A stretch of 64,000 nt of DNA, from assembly GCA_046589725.1 (NCBI GenBank), contig JBKJUW010000030.1, positions 92-64,091 on the forward strand, given 5' to 3'. The DNA comes from Gemmatimonadaceae bacterium. GTDB taxonomy: Bacteria > Gemmatimonadota > Gemmatimonadetes > Gemmatimonadales > Gemmatimonadaceae. Both the position numbers and the translations under genes were made by a program. Below, in pieces: positions 36,756 to 46,078 of the stretch. A model generated the notes under the pieces. That model saw only the letters and a program-made list of their open reading frames with translations. It did not search any database and had not been told where the DNA came from. Every line of letters starts with the position of its first letter. Position 1 is the stretch's first letter.

Positions 36756-36789
36756 GGGCTCGTGGCGAAATGATTTTCGCCACGAGCCC
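36756..36789 (-). terminator. Rho-independent terminator after the zinc metalloprotease gene
   Basis: GGGCTCGTGGCGAAA-TGAT-TTTCGCCACGAGCCC is a 15-bp perfect stem. On the minus strand it is followed by TTTTG. It lies about 80 nt downstream of the stop at 36870. Confidence 0.7.
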
Positions 36790-36869
36790 CATGATACCTG
36801 ACCTGGACCACACGCTCTTCCTTCAGCCGCTGCCAGACACTTGGACCATACGGGGCAACGGCAGGGGTA

Positions 36870-39422
36870 CTACCGAGGCGGTACGGCGAGCCAATCCTCG
36901 CCGACGTCGCCGATGGGGGCACCTGGCGGCGCGTTCGGCGCCGGAATGAGCGACGGCACCTCGCTCGGATGCTCGAGGTAGCGCGCAATGTCCGCGACGA
37001 GCAGCGCATGCTGCGCCACGTCCGCGTCCGTCCTCCCGGACTCTGACTTCAACCGCGCCGCGAGACGCTGGAGCTTCAGCGTCGCGACAGCACGCACCTG
37101 TCCGTTGGCCGCCCCCGCCGACAACCACGCCAGCCGATTCACCAGCACGCGCTCCTCGGCGCGACGCACCTCTGCTTCATATGGGGATGCGGTCGATGCA
37201 CCAAACGTCGCCGACGTGAGGCGATCGATCACTTCCTCGAGCCCGGGCAGCGATGGATCCACCGCATGCTGCGCCACGATCCGCGAAGCGCGGTCGAGCT
37301 GCAGCATGAAGCCGATGGTGACGTCGGACGCGGTGGTGCCCGGTGCCAGGGGATCAAATGCCTCGCCGGTGGTGCGCGCGAAGAGTTCGCGATGCATGCC
37401 GTAACCCGGTGGACGCGGCGGAATGAGGCCGAGCAGCTTGACGGGCACCGTGAGCTCGGAGGGCTTCAGCGTCGCGACGAGCGCGTCGAGTGCCTTCCGC
37501 TGGTTCGCCGCACTCTCCCACTTCGTCGGCGTTCGGCCATCGCCACGCATGGCATACACGTAGTCCTGTCCGCCGAGCATGCTGGCGGAGGATTCGACGG
37601 CGTAGCGAGCGTACATGAAGATCGGAACGAGCGGCTCCTCGATCATCGTCATCGGGGCACCGGTGCGGATCGTCTGTTCGCCGATCCGGTTCAGGGCCGC
37701 GCGGCGGATCTTCATCAGGTTGTTCAGCTCATCCGCCTGGTTGGCGCCGTTGGTCCACTGGTCGGCGCGCGGGTGGATGTCGATGTCCTGGTTGGTGAAG
37801 TAGCGGAGGTCCTTCGCCCATGCGTCGTCGAGGATCCTCGTGAGCGCGGCGTGCTCGTTCGTCCCACTGGGGAACTGACGGTACCCGTAGTCGATCGTGA
37901 CTTTGTCCCAGTCACCGATCTTCGCGGCATACGCGTGCGACAGGTCGATGCTCCCGTCGGCATTGAGCTGCTCGAGCGGATGCGGATAGTCCATCACGCT
38001 GATCCAGCCGTTGCCGCTGTCGTAGTAGTTGTGGCCGAGTCCGATCGTGTGCCCCACTTCGTGCGCGCTGAGCTGCCGGATGCGCGCGAGGGCGGTCTGG
38101 TAGAGGATGCCGGGCTTCTCGCTGCCGGTGGTGTACGGCGACGTGAGCCCCTCGAAGATGAGGTAGTCCTGCCGGTCGCGGAGCGAGCCGAGGGTGACGG
38201 TGGCCTTGATGATCTCGCCCGTGCGCGGGTCGGTGACGGTGCCGCCGGAGCTCCAGCCGCGCGTCGACCGATGCACCCAGTTGATCATGTTGTAGCGGAT
38301 GTCCATCGGGTCGGCGCCATCTGGGAGCACGTCGACCTTGAACGCGTTGGTGAAGCCCGCGGCCTCGAACGCCTGGTTCCACCAGCGCGCTCCCTCGAGC
38401 AGCGCCTGCTTCACGTCGTCGGGCGCGCCAGAATCGACCCAGTACTGGATGGGCTTCACGGGATCGCTCATCGCCGCGGTCGGGTCCTTCTTCTCGAGAC
38501 GATGACGGCGGACGTAGCGCACCATCATCGGCTCACCGATGGGCGTGCTGTAATCGACGTAGCTGATCCCGCCGTAGCCGGCGCGCGGGTCGTCTACGCG
38601 TGGCTTGTACTGATTGTCCGGCAGCTCGACGAACGACGCATGCTCGCGCAGCGTTACTGCATCCGGCGTCGGTGTGACGCTGGCGACGCTGCCGTTGAAG
38701 AGCCCGCCGCCGAAACCGCCAACACTCTGGCGTGCGCCGATCGGGTCGGGCCCCTGCGTGGGGCCGGCCGCGTTGCCTCGCGCGCCTTGTGGTTCGCTCG
38801 CGAACGTGAGGGTGACGTCGATCTCGGTGTTCTTCGGAAAGCCCTTCGTATTGGGCAGGTAGATGGCGCTGCGCGTCGGATCCACACGCCACGCGCCGGG
38901 CCGTAATGCACCACCGGCGCCGATCATGTCACGCACGAGGAACGGCGTCGCATCCACCAGCACGCGCCCGTTGCTCTCCGCCGCGACCGTGAAGCCCCAG
39001 AGGATGGACTTCGCGAACGACTCCTCGACGGATTTCACCTCGCGCGGGTTGCTGCTGCTCGATCGGAAGTTCTGGCTGGGCTGCACGAGAAACACTTTCG
39101 GTCCGACGCGCTGGAACATCACCACCTTGCCCTGGCCACCGGCGCCGCGATCGAGGCCGATGTCATTCGACCCGAGTCCGGAGGTCAGGCCGGTGGTAAA
39201 GAGGAACTCGGAGTCGAAACGCGGAATCTCCATGAGGAGGTTGCCGGTCTTCTCGTCCCAGTAGAGTGGGAAGTAGCCGTCGATCTTCCGGAGGCCGGCG
39301 GTGCGGTCCTCGAAGGTGGCAGTGGGGCGAGCGGGCGCCTGCTGCTGCGGCACCTGGGCCGCGAGCAGGCCGGCGGCCGAGAGCATGTAGCTGGCGACGA
39401 GAACAAAGGGACGAATCTTCAT
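36870..39422 (-). CDS. large secreted zinc metalloprotease (zincin; DUF5117/DUF4953-type)
   Basis: ATG at 39422 gives the signal peptide MKIRPFVLVASYMLSAAGLLAAQ. The zincin motif is HEVGHTIGLGHN. About 850 aa. Confidence 0.8.
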   Translation of the reverse strand: MKIRPFVLVASYMLSAAGLLAAQVPQQQAPARPTATFEDRTAGLRKIDGYFPLYWDEKTGNLLMEIPRFDSEFLFTTGLTSGLGSNDIGLDRGAGGQGKVVMFQRVGPKVFLVQPSQNFRSSSSNPREVKSVEESFAKSILWGFTVAAESNGRVLVDATPFLVRDMIGAGGALRPGAWRVDPTRSAIYLPNTKGFPKNTEIDVTLTFASEPQGARGNAAGPTQGPDPIGARQSVGGFGGGLFNGSVASVTPTPDAVTLREHASFVELPDNQYKPRVDDPRAGYGGISYVDYSTPIGEPMMVRYVRRHRLEKKDPTAAMSDPVKPIQYWVDSGAPDDVKQALLEGARWWNQAFEAAGFTNAFKVDVLPDGADPMDIRYNMINWVHRSTRGWSSGGTVTDPRTGEIIKATVTLGSLRDRQDYLIFEGLTSPYTTGSEKPGILYQTALARIRQLSAHEVGHTIGLGHNYYDSGNGWISVMDYPHPLEQLNADGSIDLSHAYAAKIGDWDKVTIDYGYRQFPSGTNEHAALTRILDDAWAKDLRYFTNQDIDIHPRADQWTNGANQADELNNLMKIRRAALNRIGEQTIRTGAPMTMIEEPLVPIFMYARYAVESSASMLGGQDYVYAMRGDGRTPTKWESAANQRKALDALVATLKPSELTVPVKLLGLIPPRPPGYGMHRELFARTTGEAFDPLAPGTTASDVTIGFMLQLDRASRIVAQHAVDPSLPGLEEVIDRLTSATFGASTASPYEAEVRRAEERVLVNRLAWLSAGAANGQVRAVATLKLQRLAARLKSESGRTDADVAQHALLVADIARYLEHPSEVPSLIPAPNAPPGAPIGDVGEDWLAVPPR

Positions 39423-39522
39423 AGCGGGATGCGGGTCGAGTGGCTTTGGCTGCGCTCCACGCAATATGCGACCGGGGCCGCCGCTCGCGAGTGGACGATG
39501 CGCGCGTCGATGCTGATCGAGG

Positions 39523-39912
39523 TCAGTTCGCGCCGCGGACGAGCGTTGCCTCGATGAGGCCATAGGGCTCCGCCGTCGGGACGAAGATCTCGTTCGCGTT
39601 CTCGAGGCCGAGCGGCGCAAGGTCCACCAGCAGGTGATGCTTGTTCGGCATCACGATGGTGATTTCCGCGACCGCGGCGCACTGCTCGATCGCCGCCTGG
39701 GCCATCGCATACAAAGTGTGCTGCACGGACTTGCTGTCGTGGTCCGCGAACGTATCGAGCATCGCATCGCGGACCTTGGGGAACTGCGCGCCGAAGTCGG
39801 CGGTCCCGTCGATATACCGCCACCGCGCGGTCATCGACGTGGCGAGGATGCGGTCGTCGGTCTCTCGCAGCGTGGTAATACTGGTCCCGCGGAGCACGAC
39901 TCGAGCATACAC
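39523..39912 (-). pseudogene. urate oxidase (factor-independent uricase), C-terminal remnant
   Basis: ...DRILATSMTARWRY....SKSVQHTLYAMAQAAIE...ITIVMPNKHHLLVDLAPLGLENANEIFVPTAEPYGLIEATLVRG matches the uricase C-terminal T-fold. The N-terminal roughly 160 aa are absent, and upstream in-frame sequence is unrelated. Confidence 0.65.
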
Positions 39913-40004
39913 GCATCCGGCGCGTTGCCCTTGAAGTGGTCGGTGTCGACCTCGACGCTCTCGATCGCGCCAGAGGTGCCGAGCCGGATGATCGTCCAGT
40001 CGCC
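39903..40004 (-). pseudogene. allantoicase fragment (about 34 aa)
   Basis: A different minus-strand frame reads GDWTIIRLGTSGAIESVEVDTDHFKGNAPDACML, the signature of an allantoicase repeat (DW.I.RLG..G.I....VDT.HF.GN.P). It abuts the uricase remnant directly. Confidence 0.6.
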
Positions 40005-40075
40005 CGCGAGGCTGGCGGGCCTCGCGCACCGAAAGGGCCGATTGGCTGCCGGCTTCGACGCCGACATCGACGACA

Positions 40076-40865
40076 AGCATCGACACCCTCCGCGCCGCCA
40101 ACCTCGCCTTTGCCGCGCGCTACCCGGGCGAGGCGGGCTCTCGGCAGCCGGTACACACCGTGTACGGCGGCGCCCAGCTCTTCGGACCGGACGCCGCGCG
40201 CAAGCTCGGTGACGTGGCCCAGCGCGCCATGCGCGATTACGCGCCCGATGCCGAGGAAGACGGACACTGCATCGCAGTGGCCGAGGCGCTGGCGGTGGGC
40301 ACGAAGCAGGGGACGCTGCCGCCGTTCATCGGCATCCGCATCAAGCCACTGAATGAGGAGCTCCGCGTGCACTCGACGCGCACGATGGAGCTGGTGCTCA
40401 CGGAGCTCGTGCAGCGCGCGGGGGCGCTGCCGGAGAACTTCGTCGTCACGGTGCCGAAGATCGTGATCCTCGAGCAGGTGGAGTTCGTCGTGCGCGAGCC
40501 TCCGACGGGCGATCGCTGCCGCCGCGCATTCCCGCCGTGAGCGACGGCCGACTCACCGGCGCACACTTCGGCACGTACGACTACACGGCAGGGGTCAACA
40601 TCACCGCGGCACACCAGCGGATGCGCCACCCCGCATGCGACTTCGCGAAGCACTTCATGCAGGTGTCGCTGGCTGGCACGGGCGTGTGGCTCAGCGACGG
40701 CTCGACGACGCGGCCACCGGCCAGGGACTGCTCAACTTCTTCCTGCGCGGCGTGACCTCCGGCGCAATCACCGAGGAGGACGCAGTCGCGATGACGGGAC
40801 TCTCCGTGGACGAGTTGCGCGGGCGGTCGTTCGTGAAGATCCTGGAGAATCGCTCGGCGGCCTGA
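40076..40865 (+). pseudogene. HpcH/aldolase-like DUF6986-type gene, frameshifted and internally deleted
   Basis: Three successive frames carry family-like pieces: RYPGEAGSRQPVHTVYGGAQLF...FIGIRIKPLN...NFVVTVPKI; then GAHFGTYDYTAGVNITAAHQRMRHPACDFAKHFMQVSLAGTGVWLSDGST; then GLLNFFLRGVTSGAITEEDAVAMTGLS. Stops separate them. Confidence 0.55.
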
Positions 40866-40873
40866 GGCGCGGG

Positions 40874-42271
40874 CTACCGGATAAGGTGGTACTCCGTCTG
40901 GCGCCGCAGCGCCCATCGCGCCACGCCGTCGGCGCCGACCATCACGTCTTCCTCCTGCGCACTCCTCACGCGCTGACCGCCCCACTCAGCAACCGGCGTC
41001 GTGGCCTGCAGTTCGATTGAGAACCACATGTTCGGGATGACGCGCGCGTCGCCGCGGCCAGGCACGCCGTCCTGGTAGTCCCAGAGTCCGATGAGCGGGC
41101 CAGCACCATGCCCATTCAGGCCGATCGGATGCGAATAGACGGTGCCGTCGAGACCATCGGCCTTCGCGCGGGCGAGTGAACTCTTCAGGACCTCGTTACC
41201 TGTCCTGCCGGGGCGCAGCTCGGCGACGACGATATCCTGCAAGCGGTTCGAATTCTTCAACGCCTGCATGAGGCCCGCCGGTGGCACGGTCTCGTCGTCA
41301 CGCAGGACGTACGCCATGTGCTGCGTGTCGGTGTTGAGGCGCAACGCCGTGATCCCGAAGTCGCAGTGCAGCACATCGCCACGCTGGATGATCGGATTGT
41401 CGCCGAGTTGCTCCTCCGTTGCTCCCTTGCGCTGCACCTCGATGGACGGATGAAACCAGGTGCCCAGCCCGAGGTCGTTGACCTTCTGGCGCATCCACCA
41501 GACGACGTCTTCCGTTCGCGTGACACCGGGTGTGATCACCGCGCTCGAGAAGGCGGTGTCGATGACGTCCCACGTGAGACGGTTGAGCTTCTCGTAGAAC
41601 GCGTTTTCGGCGGGCAAGCGCGTGGCGATCAGATCCAGTGGCAGCGCCTCGGCGCGGCGGAAGCGCGACGTCCATTTGGCGCCGAGTGCGGCGCGCATGC
41701 CTTCATCTTCGCCGGAGGAGAGTCCGTCGGAGAATGCGAAGGTGCGAGAGGTGTTGACGCCGATCACGCGTGGGTTGCGTCGTTCGATCGCCTCGCGCAG
41801 GACCTTCCATTGTGCGTCGCCCCATAGCTCGGCTTGCGCCGCGCCCTTCGTTCCGGCTGGGCCGGCGGCGGCGGCCGTCGAGCGCACCGCGGTGAACACG
41901 CCGCCCTGTGAGGTGCCACCGAGCGCGATCCGTTCGACGGTGCATCCAGCGGCGGGCTTCGCAGCGGCGCACTGGTCGAAGAAGACATAGATGGTACGAC
42001 GGCGGGCGGCGAACGTCGTCGGTGACACGAGCGACGTAAAGACGGGATCCTCGTTGTATTCGCGCATCGGGACGACCCACATGTCGATACCGTGCTTGCG
42101 CATGAGCGCGGGCAGCACGGTCTTGAGTCGTTCGTCGAGCCATTGCTGCTGATGAACCGCCTGCTCGCGCAGCGTTCCAAAGGGTCGAACTGTCTGGGCG
42201 TGACCGGCGGTGGTCGCGCACGTGAACGCGGCGGCGACGAACGCGGCGCGACGAATGGTGGGATTGGGCAT
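40874..42271 (-). CDS. M24-family metallopeptidase (Xaa-Pro aminopeptidase-like), secreted
   Basis: ATG at 42271 gives a signal-like MPNPTIRRAAFVAAAFTCATTAGHAQ. Pita-bread ligand contexts are VLHCDFGI, TDTQH, SHPIGLNGHGAGP, FSIELQ and EEDVMV. Confidence 0.8.
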   Translation of the reverse strand: MPNPTIRRAAFVAAAFTCATTAGHAQTVRPFGTLREQAVHQQQWLDERLKTVLPALMRKHGIDMWVVPMREYNEDPVFTSLVSPTTFAARRRTIYVFFDQCAAAKPAAGCTVERIALGGTSQGGVFTAVRSTAAAAGPAGTKGAAQAELWGDAQWKVLREAIERRNPRVIGVNTSRTFAFSDGLSSGEDEGMRAALGAKWTSRFRRAEALPLDLIATRLPAENAFYEKLNRLTWDVIDTAFSSAVITPGVTRTEDVVWWMRQKVNDLGLGTWFHPSIEVQRKGATEEQLGDNPIIQRGDVLHCDFGITALRLNTDTQHMAYVLRDDETVPPAGLMQALKNSNRLQDIVVAELRPGRTGNEVLKSSLARAKADGLDGTVYSHPIGLNGHGAGPLIGLWDYQDGVPGRGDARVIPNMWFSIELQATTPVAEWGGQRVRSAQEEDVMVGADGVARWALRRQTEYHLIR

Positions 42272-42377
42272 TATGTAATTTATGATGCGCGGTGGAGTTG
42301 GAGAGGGGCGGGAGCGTTGAGTGTCTCTCACCGCTTTTACTGCGCCTCTGTGCGCCCCGGTCGTTTGCTGCGTCAAT

Positions 42378-42420
42378 CTGCGTCCGCCCTTGGTTCCGAA
42401 TCCCCGAACGGCGGACGCAG
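42378..42420. other. 11-bp-stem hairpin in a divergent intergenic region
   Basis: CTGCGTCCGCC (42378-42388) and GGCGGACGCAG (42410-42420) with a 21-nt loop, between the M24 peptidase start and the cyclase start. Confidence 0.5.
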
Positions 42421-42513
42421 ACAACCGCTGCAGAGCCTGTCCGCAGAAGGGGCAGTAGCTGAAAACATGAAAACACATGCCTTGGGTTTCAGGCAGAAAC
42501 GAACGGGTGACAG

Positions 42514-43179
42514 ATGCGCGCTGAACGAACGCTGATCGACGTCAGCCATACGATCGAGCACGAGATGGTGACGTACAAGGGCCTTCCGGCGCCAATCATC
42601 TGCGACTGGTTGAGTCGTGAGGCGTCGAAGGCGCGCTTTGCGCCGGGGACGGAGTTCCAGATCGGCAGTATCGAGATGGTCGGCAACACGGGGACGTATG
42701 TCGACAGTCCCTTTCATCGCTATGCAAACGGCAAGGATCTTTCGGAGCTTCCGCTGGAGTCACTCGCGAATCTCGACTGCCTTGTGGTGCGTGTTCCGCC
42801 CGGATCCGCAACGGCGCTCGACGTCGTGCCGTTGAACAAGGAGCTCGTTCGCGGGAAGGCTGTGCTCTTCCACACAGGGTGGGATCGGCACTGGCGGACG
42901 GATACCTACTTCGAAGACCATCCGCATCTCACCGAGCGCGCCGCGGACTGGCTGGCGTCGGCCGGAGCGGCGATCGTCGGCATCGATTCGTTCAACATCG
43001 ACAATGTCTCCACCGGTGAACGACCGGTGCACTCCGTATTGCTTGGCAGCGAGATCCCGATCGTTGAGCACATGCGTGGGCTCGGGGCACTCCCGGATAT
43101 GGGCAGCACATTCTTCGCCGTGCCGGTGAAGGTGAGAGCTTTCGGCACGTTTCCGGTGAGGGCGTTCGCGATGGTGTGA
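42514..43179 (+). CDS. putative cyclase / kynurenine-formamidase-fold protein with a variant metal motif
   Basis: 221 aa. The motif region reads NTGTYVDSPFH where the family motif is HxGTHxDxPxH. Also HTGWDRHW and GIDSFNID. Confidence 0.7.
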   Translation: MRAERTLIDVSHTIEHEMVTYKGLPAPIICDWLSREASKARFAPGTEFQIGSIEMVGNTGTYVDSPFHRYANGKDLSELPLESLANLDCLVVRVPPGSATALDVVPLNKELVRGKAVLFHTGWDRHWRTDTYFEDHPHLTERAADWLASAGAAIVGIDSFNIDNVSTGERPVHSVLLGSEIPIVEHMRGLGALPDMGSTFFAVPVKVRAFGTFPVRAFAMV

Positions 43180-43243
43180 GGCTGTGGTGTGGTCCGACAT
43201 CCGAGTCGGACGTCCGGGTCCGACGTCGGTTTTGTCCGTTTTT

Positions 43244-43304
43244 CCGCCAACTGTCGTCGCGGTTCTGCAGTTCAGACCGGCCTGACCGCGACGACAGTTG
43301 GCGG
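43244..43304. repeat. palindromic dispersed element, 'compact' form (19-nt cores as a perfect stem)
   Basis: CCGCCAACTGTCGTCGCGG at 43244-43262 and CCGCGACGACAGTTGGCGG at 43286-43304 with a 23-nt loop. The flanks on both sides are rich in GTCCGAC/CGGA. Confidence 0.85.
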
Positions 43305-43371
43305 AAAGAACCGAAAGCTCGGATGTCTGAGCCGGAGGTCGGAGATAGGAGATAGCGCCAGGTTGATCCGG

Positions 43372-43815
43372 CTATTCTGGTGGCGGTCCATCCCTCCCTC
43401 GACTGCCCGGCCCTCTTCCCGGCCCACCCGGGCCTCTCACCGCCGGCAACTGCCTCACCGCACGGTCGAGCCGTTGGCGCTGGTCGACGGTCAACATCGG
43501 TGCAAGCTCGGCGCGCATGGAGTCGACGGATGCCTTGAGCGAGCCGTTCAGGTCCTGAATGATGCGCCGGTTGCGTGCGGCGGTGCGCTCCACCACCACT
43601 CGCACCGCCGCTGCTTGCCCGCTATCCGTGGGTTCGATGACGCCCATCATATGCTCCGCGAATCCGCCGGATCCGCGCGGTCCAGCCTCCCGCGGGGGTG
43701 GCGGCGGGCCGCGCTCCAAACGGGGACGCAGGGCGCCTGCCCCGAGCGCACCGAGCGCAATGCCGACCACGAGCGTGGCGAGCAAAAGGAGCGCGGCCGT
43801 ACGACTCACATTCAT
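43372..43815 (-). CDS. periplasmic Spy/CpxP-like (LTxxQ) protein
   Basis: N-terminal TM/signal AALLLLATLVVGIALGALGAGA, LTVDQRQRLDRAV (LTxxQ), and Pro/Gly-rich ends. It has a 4-nt overlap with the upstream anti-sigma-like gene. Confidence 0.55.
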   Translation of the reverse strand: MNVSRTAALLLLATLVVGIALGALGAGALRPRLERGPPPPPREAGPRGSGGFAEHMMGVIEPTDSGQAAAVRVVVERTAARNRRIIQDLNGSLKASVDSMRAELAPMLTVDQRQRLDRAVRQLPAVRGPGGPGRGPGSRGRDGPPPE

Positions 43816-44147
43816 TGGAACGCCTCGGCATTCGTGAGACTGTTCAGCGACCCAGGTTGCGGCTCGCCGGTCGAGGTTCTACTTGCGACGCCGAGGACCG
43901 CACCGACCGTTGAGGGGGCGCGGTCGCGCGCGGTCGTGTAGTTCCAGGCGGCCAGCACCATCGATGCAGCGGCGAGTACAGGCAACAGTCGTCGCGCATG
44001 GCGCGCGACGGCAACGTCGAGCGTCAGCACGTCACGATCCTTCACGCGTTGCATGACACGGTCCGCGAATCCGCTCGTGAAGTGCGGTTCGGCCGCACTC
44101 TCGTGCGCATGCAGCAGATCATGGAGTTCGTCGTCGTTCATTGTCAC
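43812..44147 (-). CDS. putative anti-sigma factor (single-pass membrane protein)
   Basis: 111 aa immediately downstream of, and overlapping by 4 nt, the ECF sigma gene. It has one TM helix (LLPVLAAASMVLAAW). The call rests on position and architecture only. Confidence 0.5.
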   Translation of the reverse strand: MTMNDDELHDLLHAHESAAEPHFTSGFADRVMQRVKDRDVLTLDVAVARHARRLLPVLAAASMVLAAWNYTTARDRAPSTVGAVLGVASRTSTGEPQPGSLNSLTNAEAFQ

Positions 44148-44794
44148 ACCTCGTTCGTCCTGCCATCGCGCCAGTATGGGCCAAGTGCGGCTCGCAGCTG
44201 CTCCGTCGCGCGAGCGAGGCGTGACAGCACCGTGCCTTCGGGCAACTCGAGCGCCTGCGCGGTTTCGCGCACCGATAGTCCCTGAATCAGGCGAAGTGTC
44301 ACGACGGAGCGATGCTTCTCCCCGAGCTGAAGCACGGCACGCGTAACGAGGTCTCGTCGCTCGCCAACTTCATCGACCGGCACCTCTGGTGATGGCGCCA
44401 CGGCAACGGGAACGTCCGCATCCCGGTCGCGACTGAGGAACCGCCAGCTCCGGCGCTTCCGCTGCTTGAGTGCATTGAGTGACAGGTTCATCGCGATGCG
44501 CACCAGGTACGTCTTGAGCGTGCTCTCGGCGCGGAACTCACGGAGTGCGCGATGAAATCGGATAAATGTCTCCTGGCCGACATCGTCGGCATCGTCACCG
44601 CGGCCAAGCATCGCGATGACCGTGGCTGCAACGACCGGCTCATATCGCTCGACAATGCGGCGAAATGCGTCGTCGTCACCACTGCGGGCCAGTGTGAGAA
44701 GCTGCGCATCGGAGGAGGAGTCGTTCACGGGAATGAGAGTAGCCCATGCCGGCGGCACACGCGAATCCGTGGCTTGGACAACCGCATTCGCCAC
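44144..44794 (-). CDS. ECF-type RNA polymerase sigma-70 factor
   Basis: LLTLARSGDDDAFRRIVERYEPVV (region 2), DDVGQETFIRFHRAL, and region 4 LGEKHRSVVTLRLIQGLSVRETAQALELPEGTVLSRLARA. The start is uncertain, either the GTG at 44794 or the GTG at 44728. Confidence 0.85.
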   Translation of the reverse strand: MANAVVQATDSRVPPAWATLIPVNDSSSDAQLLTLARSGDDDAFRRIVERYEPVVAATVIAMLGRGDDADDVGQETFIRFHRALREFRAESTLKTYLVRIAMNLSLNALKQRKRRSWRFLSRDRDADVPVAVAPSPEVPVDEVGERRDLVTRAVLQLGEKHRSVVTLRLIQGLSVRETAQALELPEGTVLSRLARATEQLRAALGPYWRDGRTNEV

Positions 44795-44889
44795 CTCATT
44801 CCATTCTAGCGGAAATGGAATGTGCTCCGCATCAGCGTTGTCGAAGTGCCATCACGATCCGCCGCCCTTTCACCGACGAGGCTGTCACC

Positions 44890-45645
44890 ATGAGTACACA
44901 GAGATTCCTGTTGTCAACGGTTGGCATCACGCTCACCGTGGGCGCGGTCCTGAGTGCGTGCGCTGCCAGTGACGTCGCTGCCGCGCCGTCCACGTCGACC
45001 GAGATCCCGGCTGTTTACAGGAAGTACAGCGCTGACGTAAAGGTGAGTGTCGATGGCGATTACGTCGTGTTGGGCGCGACCGGAGTGCCCGATCACAAGA
45101 GTCCCTACTTTGCCTCCACCAGCGCGAAGTACGAAGCCTACAACGGCACCAATCCGAACTTCGGCAAGGCGCCGGGCGTGATCGACGCGCAGTCGTACTC
45201 CATCCGCATTCCCGCCCACCCCACCAAGGCGGCGACGAGCGCCCCTACTCCACTCGGGCCCATCGGACTCGCACTGAATGGCGTGCCGTTCTTCAATCAG
45301 TACAACGGGCAGAATCGGCCGCTCACCGTGGAAATCGATTCATTCGATCAGTACAACGGCCATCCCACGCCGACCAACGCCTATCACTATCATGCCGAGC
45401 CGACCTATCTGACGAAGTCGATCGGCAGCGACAAGCTCCTGGGATTCCTGCTCGACGGATTCCCTGTTTATGGCCCGGTGGAGAATGGCGCTCGCGTCAC
45501 GAATGCGGCGCTCGATCAACTGCATGGGCACCTTGGGAAGACGGCGGAATACCCGGACGGCATCTATCACTACCACGTTACGGATGCCGACCCATACCTC
45601 AACGGCGCGGGATTCTACGGAACTGCGGGAACGGTCGGTCGGTAA
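44890..45645 (+). CDS. YHYH-domain protein, lipoprotein
   Basis: ATG at 44890 gives LTVGAVLSACAAS (lipobox). It has two YHYH motifs (NAYHYHAEP and GIYHYHVT). Confidence 0.75.
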   Translation: MSTQRFLLSTVGITLTVGAVLSACAASDVAAAPSTSTEIPAVYRKYSADVKVSVDGDYVVLGATGVPDHKSPYFASTSAKYEAYNGTNPNFGKAPGVIDAQSYSIRIPAHPTKAATSAPTPLGPIGLALNGVPFFNQYNGQNRPLTVEIDSFDQYNGHPTPTNAYHYHAEPTYLTKSIGSDKLLGFLLDGFPVYGPVENGARVTNAALDQLHGHLGKTAEYPDGIYHYHVTDADPYLNGAGFYGTAGTVGR

Positions 45646-46067
45646 TGCGACGGTCCATCGACTTCATGGCTTTCTCCATCGCCGCGCTGTTCACGACCAG
45701 CACGGCACCGGACACCAATCCAGTCCACGTCGAGCGAAAACTCCACGTCAACGGCCGAATGGCCGAGGAAAGAACGTGGCGCGGAACGGGCGCGGAAGGT
45801 GTCCAACGCGGCTGGTGGCCCAACGGGAGACGGCGCTTCGAGTATACGTATCATGAGGGCCTGATGAGCGGACTCTCACGCGAGTGGTTCTCGAGCGGGG
45901 CGATACTCACCGAGCAACACTATGCGGGAGGACACGAGACGGGGCTGCAGCGCATGTACTGGGAAGACGGACGAGTGCGCGCCAGCTACATCATCCGCGA
46001 TGGACGTCGATACGGGCTCCTCGGCGCCAAGGGCTGCGTGTCACGTGACTCTCTCACGGTGAGGTAG
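45645..46067 (+). CDS. MORN-variant repeat protein (YwqK-like)
   Basis: Repeated G....W..nG....e..Y..G...G units (VQRGWWPNGRRRFEYTYHEGLMSGLSREWFSSG..., LQRMYWEDGRVRASY). Its start abuts the previous stop. Confidence 0.65.
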   Translation: MRRSIDFMAFSIAALFTTSTAPDTNPVHVERKLHVNGRMAEERTWRGTGAEGVQRGWWPNGRRRFEYTYHEGLMSGLSREWFSSGAILTEQHYAGGHETGLQRMYWEDGRVRASYIIRDGRRYGLLGAKGCVSRDSLTVR

Positions 46068-46078
46068 ATCGAATAAAC

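Noticed and set aside
37266-38906. 546-aa plus-strand ORF
   Set aside because: It is an antisense shadow of the zinc metalloprotease gene, which carries HEVGHTIGLGHN.
39523-40101. 192-aa ORF as an intact gene
   Set aside because: Only the C-terminal two-thirds resembles uricase. The N-terminal part is unrelated Arg-rich sequence overlapping an allantoicase fragment in another frame, so it is a chimeric remnant.
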